Shown piece by piece: positions 52,474 to 64,000 of a stretch of 64,000 nt of DNA. Position 1 is the stretch's first letter, and each line of letters starts with the position of its first letter. The DNA comes from Microbotryum violaceum (Eukaryota), in contig CDLV01000006.1 of the NCBI GenBank assembly GCA_001244265.2, positions 1,860,001 to 1,924,000 on the forward strand, given 5' to 3'. The notes under the pieces were generated by a model. That model made no database searches and was not told the origin of the DNA. It saw only the letters and a list, made by a program, of their open reading frames with translations. The position numbers were made by a program, and so were the translations under genes.

Positions 52474-53808
52474 ATGTATGGCTTGACCCCGCCGGCTTCT
52501 GCGGCCGGAGCGTGGGCCCCGTCAGTGACCGAAACATGGGACACGACCCGCAATGACCAGCATCACGAGCCAGCCCACTACGTGCCTCACCTCGACAGCA
52601 CCATGTATCAATCCGAATGGGAGCCGCACCATGGGCATTATGAAACCTATTCGGCACCCCAACATTCTCACCCTCACCATCAGCACCACCTTTCCGTCGG
52701 CCCTTTCGCCGAAGCTCCGGCCGGACCCCCTGTGACGGCACCAATAGCTCGAGCGTCATCAGCTGGCGTCGATCACCACCGTTCGACCTCTTCGCCGTCG
52801 CACTTTTACGATCGCCATGACGTTAGTCGCATGTCTTCTACCCCGATGATATCTCACCCTTCCGATCCCCCTTGGTCGGACCCTTCGCCATTGCAAGATC
52901 CTCATCTGGCCGCCGCTCGTCATTCTCCCGCTCTCGTTTCGGCCCACCCTTCGGGCGCGCCGTACGCCACTTCGAGCTCGACGAGCTACCGCACCGCGGC
53001 CATGTCGCACCCGCCTCCGCGTCCCACTGCCTCCGCTCTGGCATCAAACCCTCCCAATCACGTGCGCGTCGGTAGCAATGCATCCACGAGTGCGGTGTCC
53101 TATGGCAGTGAACGCCTTTCGTCGATCAGCCCTCCTGTCAGAGGTAGCGACGGCACCCTGAGCCCGCCAACGACGGTCCGATCTGACTCGAGCTCTGACG
53201 AAGCCCTCAAACAAGACAAGACTCCGGCTTCGTCTTTCTTCGACTTAAGTCCGTCGAGTTTGTTGGCGATGGCCAAGAATCCCACGGTGAACGCTACTGC
53301 GCCGGGAAGGGGAAGTTCGACCCTCGTCGCTGCGGAATCCCCTAAGCGCTCTTACCCGGGCGCCAAACGAGGCCGCAAGCCCAAACCTCCGCCTTCGTCC
53401 GAGGAAGCCAAACGAAACCGCGAGATCTGCCTCAAAAAGAATCGGATCGCTGCTCTGCAGTCGCGACGACGGAAGAAGATTAAAAACGGACAACTCGAAA
53501 ACCGTACGTTGCTAGGCCAACGATTCTTCTGCTCGCCCGAGACGTACCTGCTGATCGGTTGATCTGTCCTGATCAACCCATTAGAAGCAAACGAGCTCAT
53601 GTTGCGCAACAAGTCTCTGCAAATCTTTGCGCGGGATCTTCACGTCGAATTGATGCAATTGCGCGCGCTCCTGGCTCGACTGCCCGGCGGCTTTCCCGAC
53701 GTCAACGCCTATCTCGATCGCGAGGCTCAGGGCGGCGGTATTCCCACCATCATGAGGATTGCGGGACCCACGCTGGAGCGTGACTATACACCACCATCAG
53801 ATATCTGA
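52474..53808 (+). CDS. bZIP transcription factor (ATF/CREB-like)
   Basis: Basic region KRNREICLKKNRIAALQSRRRKK; after one intron a leucine zipper QLENQANELMLRNKSLQIFARDLHVELMQLRALL. Confidence 0.88.
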
Positions 53809-54147
53809 TCGAGTCGGCTTCCTCCTCCTTCAACTGCGGTACACCACCGCCCTGGTGCCCCAGGGCTTGAGGGTCCATCATCGACCTCACCCAAATCCCT
53901 CTCGAAACGCCAATCATACTGTAGCATCTAGTCGTTTTATCGACTGCATAATTCGCATTGTACTCACTGTTGCCCTGTCCATTTTCGGAGACTTCCCTCG
54001 CATCCTCAGACTCCATTATACATAGCTGCTTCTTTCCCTATACCTCGTTTACATACATTGTTGTTTTTTTCAAGTCGCCCATTACTGTCAACGCTTTGGG
54101 CCTGTTGCAAATCTAATTACATAGCAACATTTCAGTGGTGTGTTGTT

Positions 54148-54180
<33 letters not shown>

Positions 54181-55289
54181 AGCAGTCGCTTGCAAGCTGT
54201 TCAGAGGTTGAGCATAATAGCATGATACCACGACTGGGCGGGCCGTGTAACCCACAGGCGCCGCGATGGCCTCGATAGGACCCCCGAAAGCCCAGCCGGA
54301 GGCGCATTTTTTTTTGTTGACATTTTGAGGACCCAAAATCCTGAAAATCGTCGAGGCGCATTGCATAAAATTGACTTTTTGGGACGAAACACACGTTTCG
54401 CCCCCGAGGCGCATGCCCAGATTTTGACATTTTCCCGTGAGTCGGCCCAATCTTGGCCTACCCTGAGCAGCCTACGGCATGGCTTTGGGCCCGTTTGCCT
54501 TCGCTTCGAAACGCGCTTCGCGATGCTCGCGCTTGAACAAGTCACTAGCCATTTTCGCTAATCACTTTAGTTCAGTGGCTGTTAGAGAATATTAGGGATT
54601 AGGTACCCCTATCAAGTAAAATAAAAATGACGGGGCCCCTGAGGTTCCGTTCCGCTTCACTTCGTTCTGACACTGGAGCATAGCACGACGAAATGATTCC
54701 ATGCTTTGTTTCTCGACGAAGATCAGGACTACTATTTGCACGACGATGACTTTGATCGATTATCGCCGCTCACCAACATGACGGTTGCCGAGCTCCTCGC
54801 CTTCGATGTCGCTCCCGCCGACGCGTCTCTTCACATCGAGTTGTCCAAAAACAAGCCCACCCAGTATTCAAACTTACCCTACCCGACTCTTCAGACCAGA
54901 GACGCGTTTCTTGCTACCGATGCTCTGATCAATGCACGCAAGCCAGGATATCGATCTTTGGCCGTCGGGTCGACGTGTTTGCCGCTCGGCGCCGATCGGC
55001 TATGGTCAGAGTACGAGCGAGCAAAAGACGTTCAAAGCTGGGCGCTGCGAGCTCAACGATGGATGGACAAAATTATCGTTATCAACGAAATTGACCGCAA
55101 CCGTATCGCTGTCGCACGTCGCATACTGAACGGATTGCGATGGCAAGAGCACTAGACGGGCTTCTACCATTGCCTCTTCTTGCAAGTGGAACGAGTTTGG
55201 TTTATCTCCTGAGATTCTTAAGTCAGTACACCAATCCTTCAGCTGGCCACTCGTATTCATCTCGTATCTGAGGCAACTTGCTTATTCGC

Positions 55290-55880
55290 GTCTCTACCCA
55301 GGTCATGATTGGCTCGGTGAAGCCGCGGTGAACTTGTCAATTGAAAGCGTCCTTCGAGCTGGACGAGTGCAGAATCCCGATTTCGAAACATCGTGTGGAC
55401 TTATACCCTCCATCGTCATCTCCTTGGTAATGGCTCGCCCTCCCGACTCGGATCCTCATTCGATCTTCAAAGCCTGTTTTTTCGGCCCGCCAAACCAGTA
55501 TCGGAATCTCATCGAGCTAAGCGATTGCATGCGCAACACGCCGACCTCAAAGTCAATCTGGTTTCTACCCCTCTGCTCCGACAGCCATTGGGTCCTGGCC
55601 CGCATCAACATGCACAAGCGGACGTGGTCTGTGATCAACTCACTCTCCGCCACTCCGATCACCGCGGCTACTCGGACGGCCGTCCTTACGCTGTTCAAAT
55701 TTCTGAAGCTGGACATCAAAAATGAGTTCCCTCATACTCCTAAGGCGGAACAACAGGAAGACAGCTACTCGTGCGGGCCGGCTACGATCAATGCAGTGGA
55801 GACGGAGGTGCTCGGGATTGGGTCATTCAACGCAGCGCGCGCTCACATGTCACGGCTCCGTCAATTCTGTCGTTTATCCT
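55290..55880 (+). CDS. Ulp1/SENP-like (peptidase C48) cysteine protease domain inside the transposon
   Basis: RLYPGHDWLGEAAVN (WLxDxxIN-like), FLPLCSDSHWVLARI (His), VINSL (Asn at the usual Asp position), QQEDSYSCG (oxyanion Gln and catalytic Cys). Confidence 0.8.
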
Positions 55881-56019
55881 CTCTGGTTGGTGCTGTCGAG
55901 GATCCCAAAGAAATCGAATCCATCGTTGCCACGGGCGCAAAATCAAAGGCAAAGTCTGGGAGGGGATCCGCTGCCGGAACACTGAGCAGCAAGAGCACGT
56001 CGGCAGAGTCCGGCATGGC

Positions 56020-59000
56020 AGCGACAATCAAGCCAACAAATCAACGAGTGCATCATCCTCAAAGAACCCGCCAACTTCTCGACTCCAAACGACCTTCACC
56101 AAAGCATCGAAGCCGACGAAAGCTCGAGAGCTCACACCCGAGGAGCATACGACGTGGGCTCGCGACCATCCGCCTCTTTTCAGGAGGCTTGCTGAAAAAG
56201 TCAAAGATCTTTGCCCGGGATCGAATGTCGACGTCAACAATCCAAAATACGTGCGGTGTGGACGATGTTATGTCTTGGTGCCAATGGCGGCCTTGCTGTG
56301 CAAGGCACGATTTGAATTACATCTCGGCAATAAGAAGTGTGTCAACCTCCAACCCATCAGCAATTTCTTCAGACCTATCGCCTCTGGCTCAACTGCTCCC
56401 AGCCCCTCGCTAGGACCGTGCCCCGGCCTTACGTCTGAAACGGCGATACATTATCTTTCATCAACTGCGGCGCAGGGTGGCGGGGCCCCTCCTCGACGGA
56501 CGCTTTGTTTGCGCCTCTATCCCAAAATTGGTAAACGACCAATGACGGAGTTCGAGAGGAAGGAGGTGGACAAATTGGAAGCAAATGAATGGAAGTGGCG
56601 CAACGATCATCGAGCACCGCGCATCATCAGTGTGAATTGTCGCAAGTATAGCGCTCGAGATTCGATCAACAAGGACGGACCAAGCTTACCGTGTGAAGAA
56701 TGCGCGAAGCTTCCTAAGAATTCATCCTGTCGAGCAGCTCTTCGACGTCAATATGCTGCTGGCGCAACTCGCAAATACACCAACAAGAAATATGTCGCGG
56801 GCGATACACTTCTCTCGGCCATCTACCGGCGACATCATGGACTAGAAGAGATCCTGGATGACAACAGTCAAGGGAACGTGTATCTACGATTCGCGCAAGG
56901 TGTGACCTCAGGAGAATTTGACGGAGCGAACATCTTGGAGGGATTGGTGAAAGCGGCTACGGTCAAGCACGATCGGATGGTCAAGGGCAAATCAATGCGA
57001 GGCTTTGTGCGGTCCGAAGCGCTGCGTAACTTCGAGCAAGCCATGGCGCTGGCGTCTCCGATGGCTCTGAGAGTACTGCAGGCTACAATCGGCGCATCCA
57101 CAAGCCGAAAACTGCAGTGAGTACCGTCATTCTTTCGTTCTTCCAATTCAATCTCATACTGAATGATCGAGGTGCTTGCAGAATGGACCGAGCGACATCA
57201 GGCAGGATGCGCCTCGGCCTCGACAAGTCCAACATGGATCGTGTCTGCGCCAAACTCGAAGCAGACGACCTAACGTTCAATTTACACGTAGACGACACGA
57301 AGTGTCGATCCAGGATGCGAACCACTCCATACTACTCAGAAGACCTCAGTTTAGAGCGCGAACTACGTACGAAGGGCATATTCCGCCACGAGCTGATCGG
57401 ATCAATTGGTCCGCCACGCATCTACGAAACTCCGGGTGAACTCCCTGATATGTTCAGCGGACCTGACCCCCCGGTTGCTGGAACCAAAGTGAGTGACAAT
57501 GATTCTTTTAAGTTTGTACTTCATTTCCACGAGGCTTTAACATGTGTCGCCTCTTCATTCAGATCCGAGCTTACATGATAGCACCGAACGATGTTGGCTC
57601 CCCAGCACAGGTGTTTGCCGCTTTTGTGATCGGCGAAACTACGAACGCGGAGGACGCGACCGAGACAGTTACATTCAGTGATACAAGAGTTAATAAAACG
57701 TTGCGTCGCACACCTTCTGGTATCCATCTCCGCAGATGGTGCGGCAAGCGAAGGTGTGCTGCAATGTAATGTTGCCGTCCTTCTGCGCGATCAGGGTGGC
57801 GCTGTTGCTCAAACCGGATCAAGGAACGCGTCATCATACACCCTCCCCTCCCCAGATCTGGACGGAGTGTTTCCTGAGATCATTATATCGACCGTCAACG
57901 TCGCGGGAACGCCGATAGTCTTCTGTCGGGACGAAATACACCTGGCCAAATGTCTGAGGAACGCTATCGACTCTGGAGCAAGATTGCTGTTCGGCGGTCT
58001 CGGATGCATTGCCTACCAGGATATGCTCACCATCCTGGGCGGACTGGAGTCGCGTCGTACTCTGTCTCGTCGTGATGTGGTCGGGCGTGATCGTCAAGAC
58101 GACAATGCAACACATCGGGCATTCTCCAAGGCGACGCTCGAACTCGTAACCGAACTCGCTGAAGACAAAAAACTCGACCCCGATGCGGTCGTATATCTCT
58201 TCCTATGTGGCGAGTTACACGATGCCATCCAGAACCGGTCGCTTCAGCCCCTTGAACGTATCAGGATGTTGCTCGTTGTCAGATATACGTTCGAGGCGTG
58301 GTATGACTTTGTCCGAAGTCGCCCCGGATCTAGCTCTCACTCGTTCCTCGCCAAAGAAACGCTTGATGGGGTCAGGAAGATGGTTGACTCAACGATTGCT
58401 CTCGTCCGCAACTACCGAGATTTTTGGCCAAAGGGATCGTTCATTCCCTGGCGGCATGGCACAGAAATGGTGGAGCACTTCTTCGGGGGTATACGCCAGA
58501 TTGTAAAGGAGTTCGATGCTCTAGAGTTCTTGCAGGTGCGTTCTTCATGAATCAATCTAATCTATACAGTAGTTAACCCGGCTAGAATCCGACAGGCAAC
58601 TGGCAAAGTCACTGCACTCTTGGAGCTCATGAGGAAGTTTAAGACCGAGGCGGCGGGATCACGTCAAGGCTACCATCATACCTACAACGACCTCGACGAT
58701 CTTGACCTTGTTGCGATGCGAACGTACCCCAGTGATGGCGACATCTCTCTCACCAGTTTTGCAGCGGCAAATACTGCGCGTGAACTGCTTTCAGGTTTAC
58801 GCATGTGGGAGCCTGTGCAACGCATCGCGTCCAACAGACGCAACCAAGGTCCGCAACCTGACATATTCGTCGAGGACGTACTCGCCCGTGGCACAACAGT
58901 TCAAGGTATGGAGTTGCGAACGACTTGGTCTATAAGTGATGCGTATCTGACACGGCATACCATGCCCACTTGAAGTAGATCTTGACGACCATCATCCTAC

Positions 59001-60576
59001 CAAGGAAGATCAAGGTCTGCTCCGCACCGAATTGCTGGATTCTGCTCTTGATGGCATGCGGCGTAGCACGTGCCAAGGTGTTGTGAAACCGGACCCAAAC
59101 GAGCGAGAAGCTGTCGACCGTGCAATTCGATCGCTTGCAGCTCTGGACTTTGACGTTGAGGCAGCCTTGTGAGTGGACACTTCTCTGTGCCACGTGCGCT
59201 GAAGCGTTCTTCTACCTTTTAATCCGGACCTCATATTGCTCTCCTTTCTCATTGGCCAGATTCGACGTGCAAATCGCTTACGACGAAGCTGATAGACAAG
59301 CTGAGGAACGCTACGTACTCGAGACCATTGAGAAGGCAAACAGCTCATTACGTCCAATCGTGCGTCTACCAAGCTCAACTAGCGTAATTTCGATCTGAGC
59401 TCATGCATCTTCGGTACTATACAGCCTACACACTTGAGACTTCCGCCTCTTGTTGATGCTCGCGATACCAGTTTCTCGCTGAACTGGGCCAGCTTGATTG
59501 CCCATCGAGCTGCTCATGAGTGTAGCCACCTCAGAGCTGTTCTACTCAAAGGGAGGCCAATGTAATTGAGCGACACAAGTCGCGGAGAGGCAGGCTTAAA
59601 GATTAGCAATACAGAGCAAGGACGCAGTGCAGTACATTCACGCGTCTTGAAAGGGTTGGTGCAGTCCATGGGACCATCTCGCTTCGAAGACATTGCGGGC
59701 ACCGCAAGGAGCTTTCGCTGGACTGGAGGTGGCCAGGTGGCCCGAGCGCTCACAACAAACGAGATTCAGAAGAACGCCTATATTGAGGATGGCCGCATTA
59801 AGTGAGTTGTTGCTGAATTTAGGAACGAAGGCAACTGGATCTAATGTTTTGCCGGTCCTATACTTTTAGGAAAAGCTCCCGGAGAGAGACAAGCAGTATG
59901 GAGCGCTAGCACAACGCTGTCCTCATTTTGGATCGCTTGACGGAGCTGTAACCGCTGCCACACCATTGGAGATTAGATCCCTGATCTGCTTTGGCCTCAA
60001 GTGTGGCATGCATTCACTCAGCGGCGATCAAACTGTTTATGGAGAAGAAGCGCTGTCTATCGGAATTGGTACGTTGTTTTGAGTGGCAGTTGAGGAAGTT
60101 CTCGTTTGACACAAGTCTTGTGTCCTACAGTGCGACACATCTACAGCAAAGTGTCAATAAACCACTGCAACCAAGACACGCTTGCCTTGTTGGTTCTACT
60201 CTCAAATGTCGTCGTACAGGAGCTTCGCCTCATCAAGAAAACATGCTATTCCACACACCTCATTGATGGCACTATGCCGTTCCGCATGATTGATGGTCGA
60301 CAGGTCATCGAGTCATTAGGCCCGTCAACGACTACATATCGTTCAACCACGGACCTTACCTCATGTTACCCGGACGAGCGCCTAATCAGCACGAGCGCAC
60401 ATGCCGAGCAAAGGTTTGCCGCCCTTCGGAGCGTGCCCGGCCTGCGAGACGCCGCCGGCAGAACCTCTACAAGCCGCACAAATGCCACCGCGGAAACAAG
60501 GAGCTCAACTTCAGCAAAAAGGAAGTCTGACAACGAAGCAGCGAGCCAGCCAGCAAAGCAAGGAAGGCTTGTTTGA
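56020..60576 (+). pseudogene. P-element/THAP9-like DDE transposase, multi-exon, apparently frameshifted
   Basis: LHVDDTK (57291), ISADGA (57735), RDEIHLAKCLRN (DxxH, 57930), DRQD, TEMVEHFFGGIRQ (E at 58473). Introns include 57116-57181, 57489-57562 and 58536-58594. Frame discontinuity near 57665; basic NLS-like C-terminus KRKSD...KQGRLV. Confidence 0.8.
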
Positions 60577-60982
60577 AGCGTGGAGCCACGCGCAACACCA
60601 GCCGAAGCGACGCGCGCCACAAGCCACTTTCGATAGGCCGCCGCGCGTCCGCAAACGCTCGGAACGCGTTTTCGAGGACTTTTGAGCGATTTTTGGAGCA
60701 TGTAGAACAAATTTTGATAATATTTCCGAGGCGCATGCGAAATTTTGACATTTCGGGGCCAAAATAGGGTAAAAAAACTTTGACAAAAAGGCAAAAAAAG
60801 TGCGTTTTTCCGCATGCACCTCTGGCTGGGCTTTCGGGGGTCCTGCCTCGATCCTGGTGACGTCAGGCCGGAACCAAGCTCCACCTCGTCACTCGCCTTG
60901 ATCTTCCTCCCTCCCCTACCCTCCTGCTCTCCCCACCCGCTTCCTTCAGCTATCCACCACCGACTAGCTTAAACTTTCCAAC

Positions 60983-62517
60983 ATGCAATCCCCCATTCTC
61001 AGAACCCGCCTCACAGCTGCTCAGGTCAGTGCACACCTCGACCATCCTCGTGTCATTTCAGAGCTCAGCTGACGCTGTCGAAACAGAACGTCTCGCGTCG
61101 TACGCTCTCTACCCAGAGGGCGACACAAGTCCCTCCTGTGGCCGGCCAACGGCCCATCATCGTCAACACCGGCCGCCCGGTTGTCGGTGCTCCGCAACCC
61201 CACCCGGTGCCCAACCCTCCGAGGGCGGCGCCCGGTGGAAGCGGACCTAACGTCCCGTGAGCCAACTTGTCGTCGGCGCAAGCCCTCGTTCAGATCCTGC
61301 CATTTAGCATTTTGAATCCCGCCTCTGTCCTCCATAGCGTGATCATCGGCATCGTTGCGGTCGGCGGCGGCCTAATTTGGTATTTCAACAAACCCGCTGA
61401 GGCGAAGCGCGAGATCCGCCAGCTGGAGAACAAGGCCGAAACTGCTTTCGACGCTACGAAGGACAAGACCGAAGCTGCTTTGGAGAAGACGAAGTACAAG
61501 GTCGAGTCCGTTCTCGACTCGGCAAAGGACAAGCTCCCGGCGGATCGCTCGACCCAGAGCCAAGCCAAGGCCGATGAGGTCAAGAGCAAGGCTTCGGGTT
61601 GGTTCAGCAGCGCCGAGTCGGACGCCGAGAAGGCAAAGCGAGAAGCGACGGCGGCCTACCAGGACACCAAGAGCGTCGTCGGGAAAAAAGTTGAGGAGGT
61701 CAAGCAAGAGGGACAATCGTGGCTCTCGTGGGGAGGTGACAAGGCCGCCGAAGCCAAGTCCACAGCCAAAGAACAAGTCAGTCGCTGGTATCGATGTCCA
61801 GCCGTCCGTCACTTTTCGGCGACTGAGCCCTGTTGACCTGGCCTCTTGTAGGTCGCCGATGCCAAGTACTCTGCGAAGCAAAACGGCGAAGGTATCAAAG
61901 CTGAGGTGAATATCTCGCAACGCAGCTTCCGAAGCCCAACTTTGTTGCAGTGTTCTGATCCATTCTCTCCGCTTTGTTCTGTACAACAGAGCAAGTCGTG
62001 GTTCAGCTGGGGATCCGCCAAGGCCGATGATGCCGAGAAAGCGACCAAGTCGGCCGCTCGTGATGCCGAGTACAAGATCCAGTCCGCCGCCGATTCCGCG
62101 AACCGAACTGCACAGGAAGCGGCCAATGCTACCAAACGCGGCTACTACGAAGCCAAAGACTCGGCGGAGCGTGAGCTCGATGCGACGCGCAGGTCTGCTC
62201 GCGACGTTGCACAGTATGCCGAGGATGGCGCGAGGGACACGGCGAACGCCGTGAAGCGAGGTGCCGAGGATGCGGGCCGTGTCGCACAGGAGAAGGCCGA
62301 GGAGGCCAAGCAAGCGGCTTCGTCGTGGTTCTCGTGGGGGTCAAAGAAGGCCGACGAGGCCGCTGATGTCGCTGCCACCAAGGCCAACGAGACTAAGGAC
62401 GCCGCCGTCGGTGCCGGGCAGGGCGTCAAGGACAACGTCAAGGATGGACTCCTGTGGGCCGAGAACAAGGTCGAGTCCGGAGCCCAATGGGCACAGCACG
62501 AGACGAAGAAGCTTTAA
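60983..62517 (+). CDS. LEA-like (hydrophilin) protein with putative mitochondrial presequence and one TM segment
   Basis: Arg/Ser/Thr-rich N-terminus, TM VIIGIVAVGGGLIWYF, Ala/Lys/Glu-rich amphipathic repeats with recurring SWFSWG motifs. Confidence 0.8.
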
Positions 62518-62893
62518 AAGCACAAATCATAGTTCAATATACTCGATGAGTCGGTGCAATGTAAAATAAGATGTCATGTTATTGTTCCGAGACCGGATAC
62601 GCAGCTCGCGGGCACGGAAGTGAAACGCCGTCACCACGCAGAAAAGTAGGGAATTCGTAGAGCCCATTGCTCCATGCATGACAAGTACGGTGTGATACTG
62701 CCTTGACAGGCTCGTTGTGCTCCTGATTCTAACATGAAATGACACAACCGATGATTTTCAAGGCCGAGTTGGCACCCCCGAGCTGAGAGCTTGGACCACC
62801 TGGACCTTGCGATGATTCGACCGGGAGACCCTTCTCCCTCTTCTCACTCAGGGCGTCTACGCACCAGCACTACGGCCACTGGGACAACACAGC

Positions 62894-64000
62894 ATGGCCG
62901 ACTTTCTCGAGGAGCTGATCGAGTCCAAATTGTCAAAATTACACCTGGATCAAGATAATGAAGAGTTGTCGTCGTTCGTGATCGGGATTGTCAAAGAGGA
63001 TTCCTTTGAGCGTGAGGTGGGTCTACCGGACGTGTAGTGGAAGTAGGACGGGACTGATTCGGTTAATATGATGTAGGACAAGAAGAGTGCTATCCTCGGG
63101 TACCTGGAGAAAGAGGAAGACGGCAAGTCGGATTCAGTTCGCAGCTTCGCACGTCGATTGTCTGGCTGCTGACTTGAAGTTCATGGGGTGCTACAGATGC
63201 GATGGGCGCCTCGATAGACGACCTTCTGGATGTCACAGGCGAGCTCCAGGATCAAGAACGAGCTCGAGAAGCCGAGGAAGCACAACGGATCGCGGAAGAG
63301 AAGAGTGAGTCCCCAGCTCGATACTGGCGTTCAGCTGCTGGGTGCCACATGATTGACCTGACCACCACTTGTATTGCTCTCTATTTGGGATAGAAGAACA
63401 AAATGCGGGGAAGAAGAAGCTCACCCCTGAACAGGAGGCGGCGAAGCAGCAAGAATTCGTGCAGGTCAGTCAGTCAGGACCATTCCGGCGCCAGCCGATC
63501 AGGGGACCCACTCGCAATCAGATCTTGGGCTCACGATGCTACCTTCTTTCTCGCAGGCATATGGTTACGTGGAGGAAGAAGAGGATGCACCCGCCGATGA
63601 AGTCGACCAAGCCTCCGATGCGGTTTTCATCGACCCGCGAGCGCTCAGCAAGAAGGCGAGGAAGAAGGCCGAGCAAAAGCAACTCGCGGCCGGTGTCGGT
63701 GAGTTGCCACCCCGTATTGTTACGTTGTGAAACAACCACCTGATGACCTATCTCTGTGGCTAGATCTACTCATGCTTCCCAACATGAACGCGGCGATTGT
63801 CAAAGGTGCCGAGCTTCAGAGGCGGAAGGAAGATTCTGCCAAAGCGTCGGCCAAGCGGGAAAAGGACAAGGCCGATCTGAAGAAACAAAAGTGGGCAGCA
63901 TAGACCGGGAGCTTGTGAGGACTGCTTACTGACCCCTTCTACCGCCATTCGCTGCCTTGGGAGAATGTTTCAGGGATGACGCCGCCAAGAAGCTCCTGGA
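62894..64000 (+). CDS. CCDC43-like coiled-coil protein (partial; runs off the window edge)
   Basis: MADFLEELIESKLSKL...FVIGIVKEDSFERE|DKKSAILGYL, QAYGYVEEEE, LPNMNAAIV...KREKDKADLKKQK; several introns, one GC-AG. Confidence 0.7.

Larger units (their letters stand above)
54277..60844 (+). mobile_element. Full-length cut-and-paste DNA transposon (6568 bp), P-element-like, carrying a Ulp1-like protease
   Basis: TIR AGGACCCCCGAAAGCCCAGCCGGAGGCGCAT (54277-54307) matches the reverse complement of 60814-60844 at 29/31, with the first 21 perfect. 8-bp TSD GCCTCGAT at 54269-54276 and 60845-60852. Internal transposase-like ORFs. Confidence 0.93.

Noticed and set aside
54150-54179. Long poly-C tract near the transposon's left end (another near 35833-35851)
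   Set aside because: Outside the TSD; a simple homopolymer of unreliable length.

Overview
Gene-dense, intron-rich, GC-rich fungal DNA, most like a Pucciniomycotina/Microbotryomycetes basidiomycete yeast (inferred from gene style, not proven). The window is mostly housekeeping genes: RPS3, RPL22, a GNAT acetyltransferase, a multi-LIM protein, a Gti1/Pac2 (WOPR) regulator, MAK21, SmD2, BUD32, an m-AAA protease, BIM1/EB1, a NUFIP1/Rsa1-like protein, a RING-CH E3 ligase, UBA1, MMM1, a PMP22/Mpv17 protein, Zn2Cys6 and bZIP transcription factors, an LEA-like protein and a CCDC43-like protein. The standout is a 6,568-bp DNA transposon (54277-60844). It has 31-bp terminal inverted repeats, a perfect 8-bp target-site duplication and regularly spaced subterminal repeats. 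It encodes a spliced P-element-like DDE transposase preceded by a Ulp1/SENP-like cysteine protease domain, and it sits about 140 bp upstream of the LEA-like gene. Other candidates: an intronic box C/D snoRNA (snR48/SNORD60-like guide) in an apparently non-coding host divergent from RPS3, a highly structured RPL22 intron, a start codon split by an intron, three GC-AG introns, a roughly 110-aa insertion in the m-AAA ATPase and a 21-bp in-frame duplication in UBA1. Family calls come from motif recognition only, no searches were run, and exon boundaries are manual.
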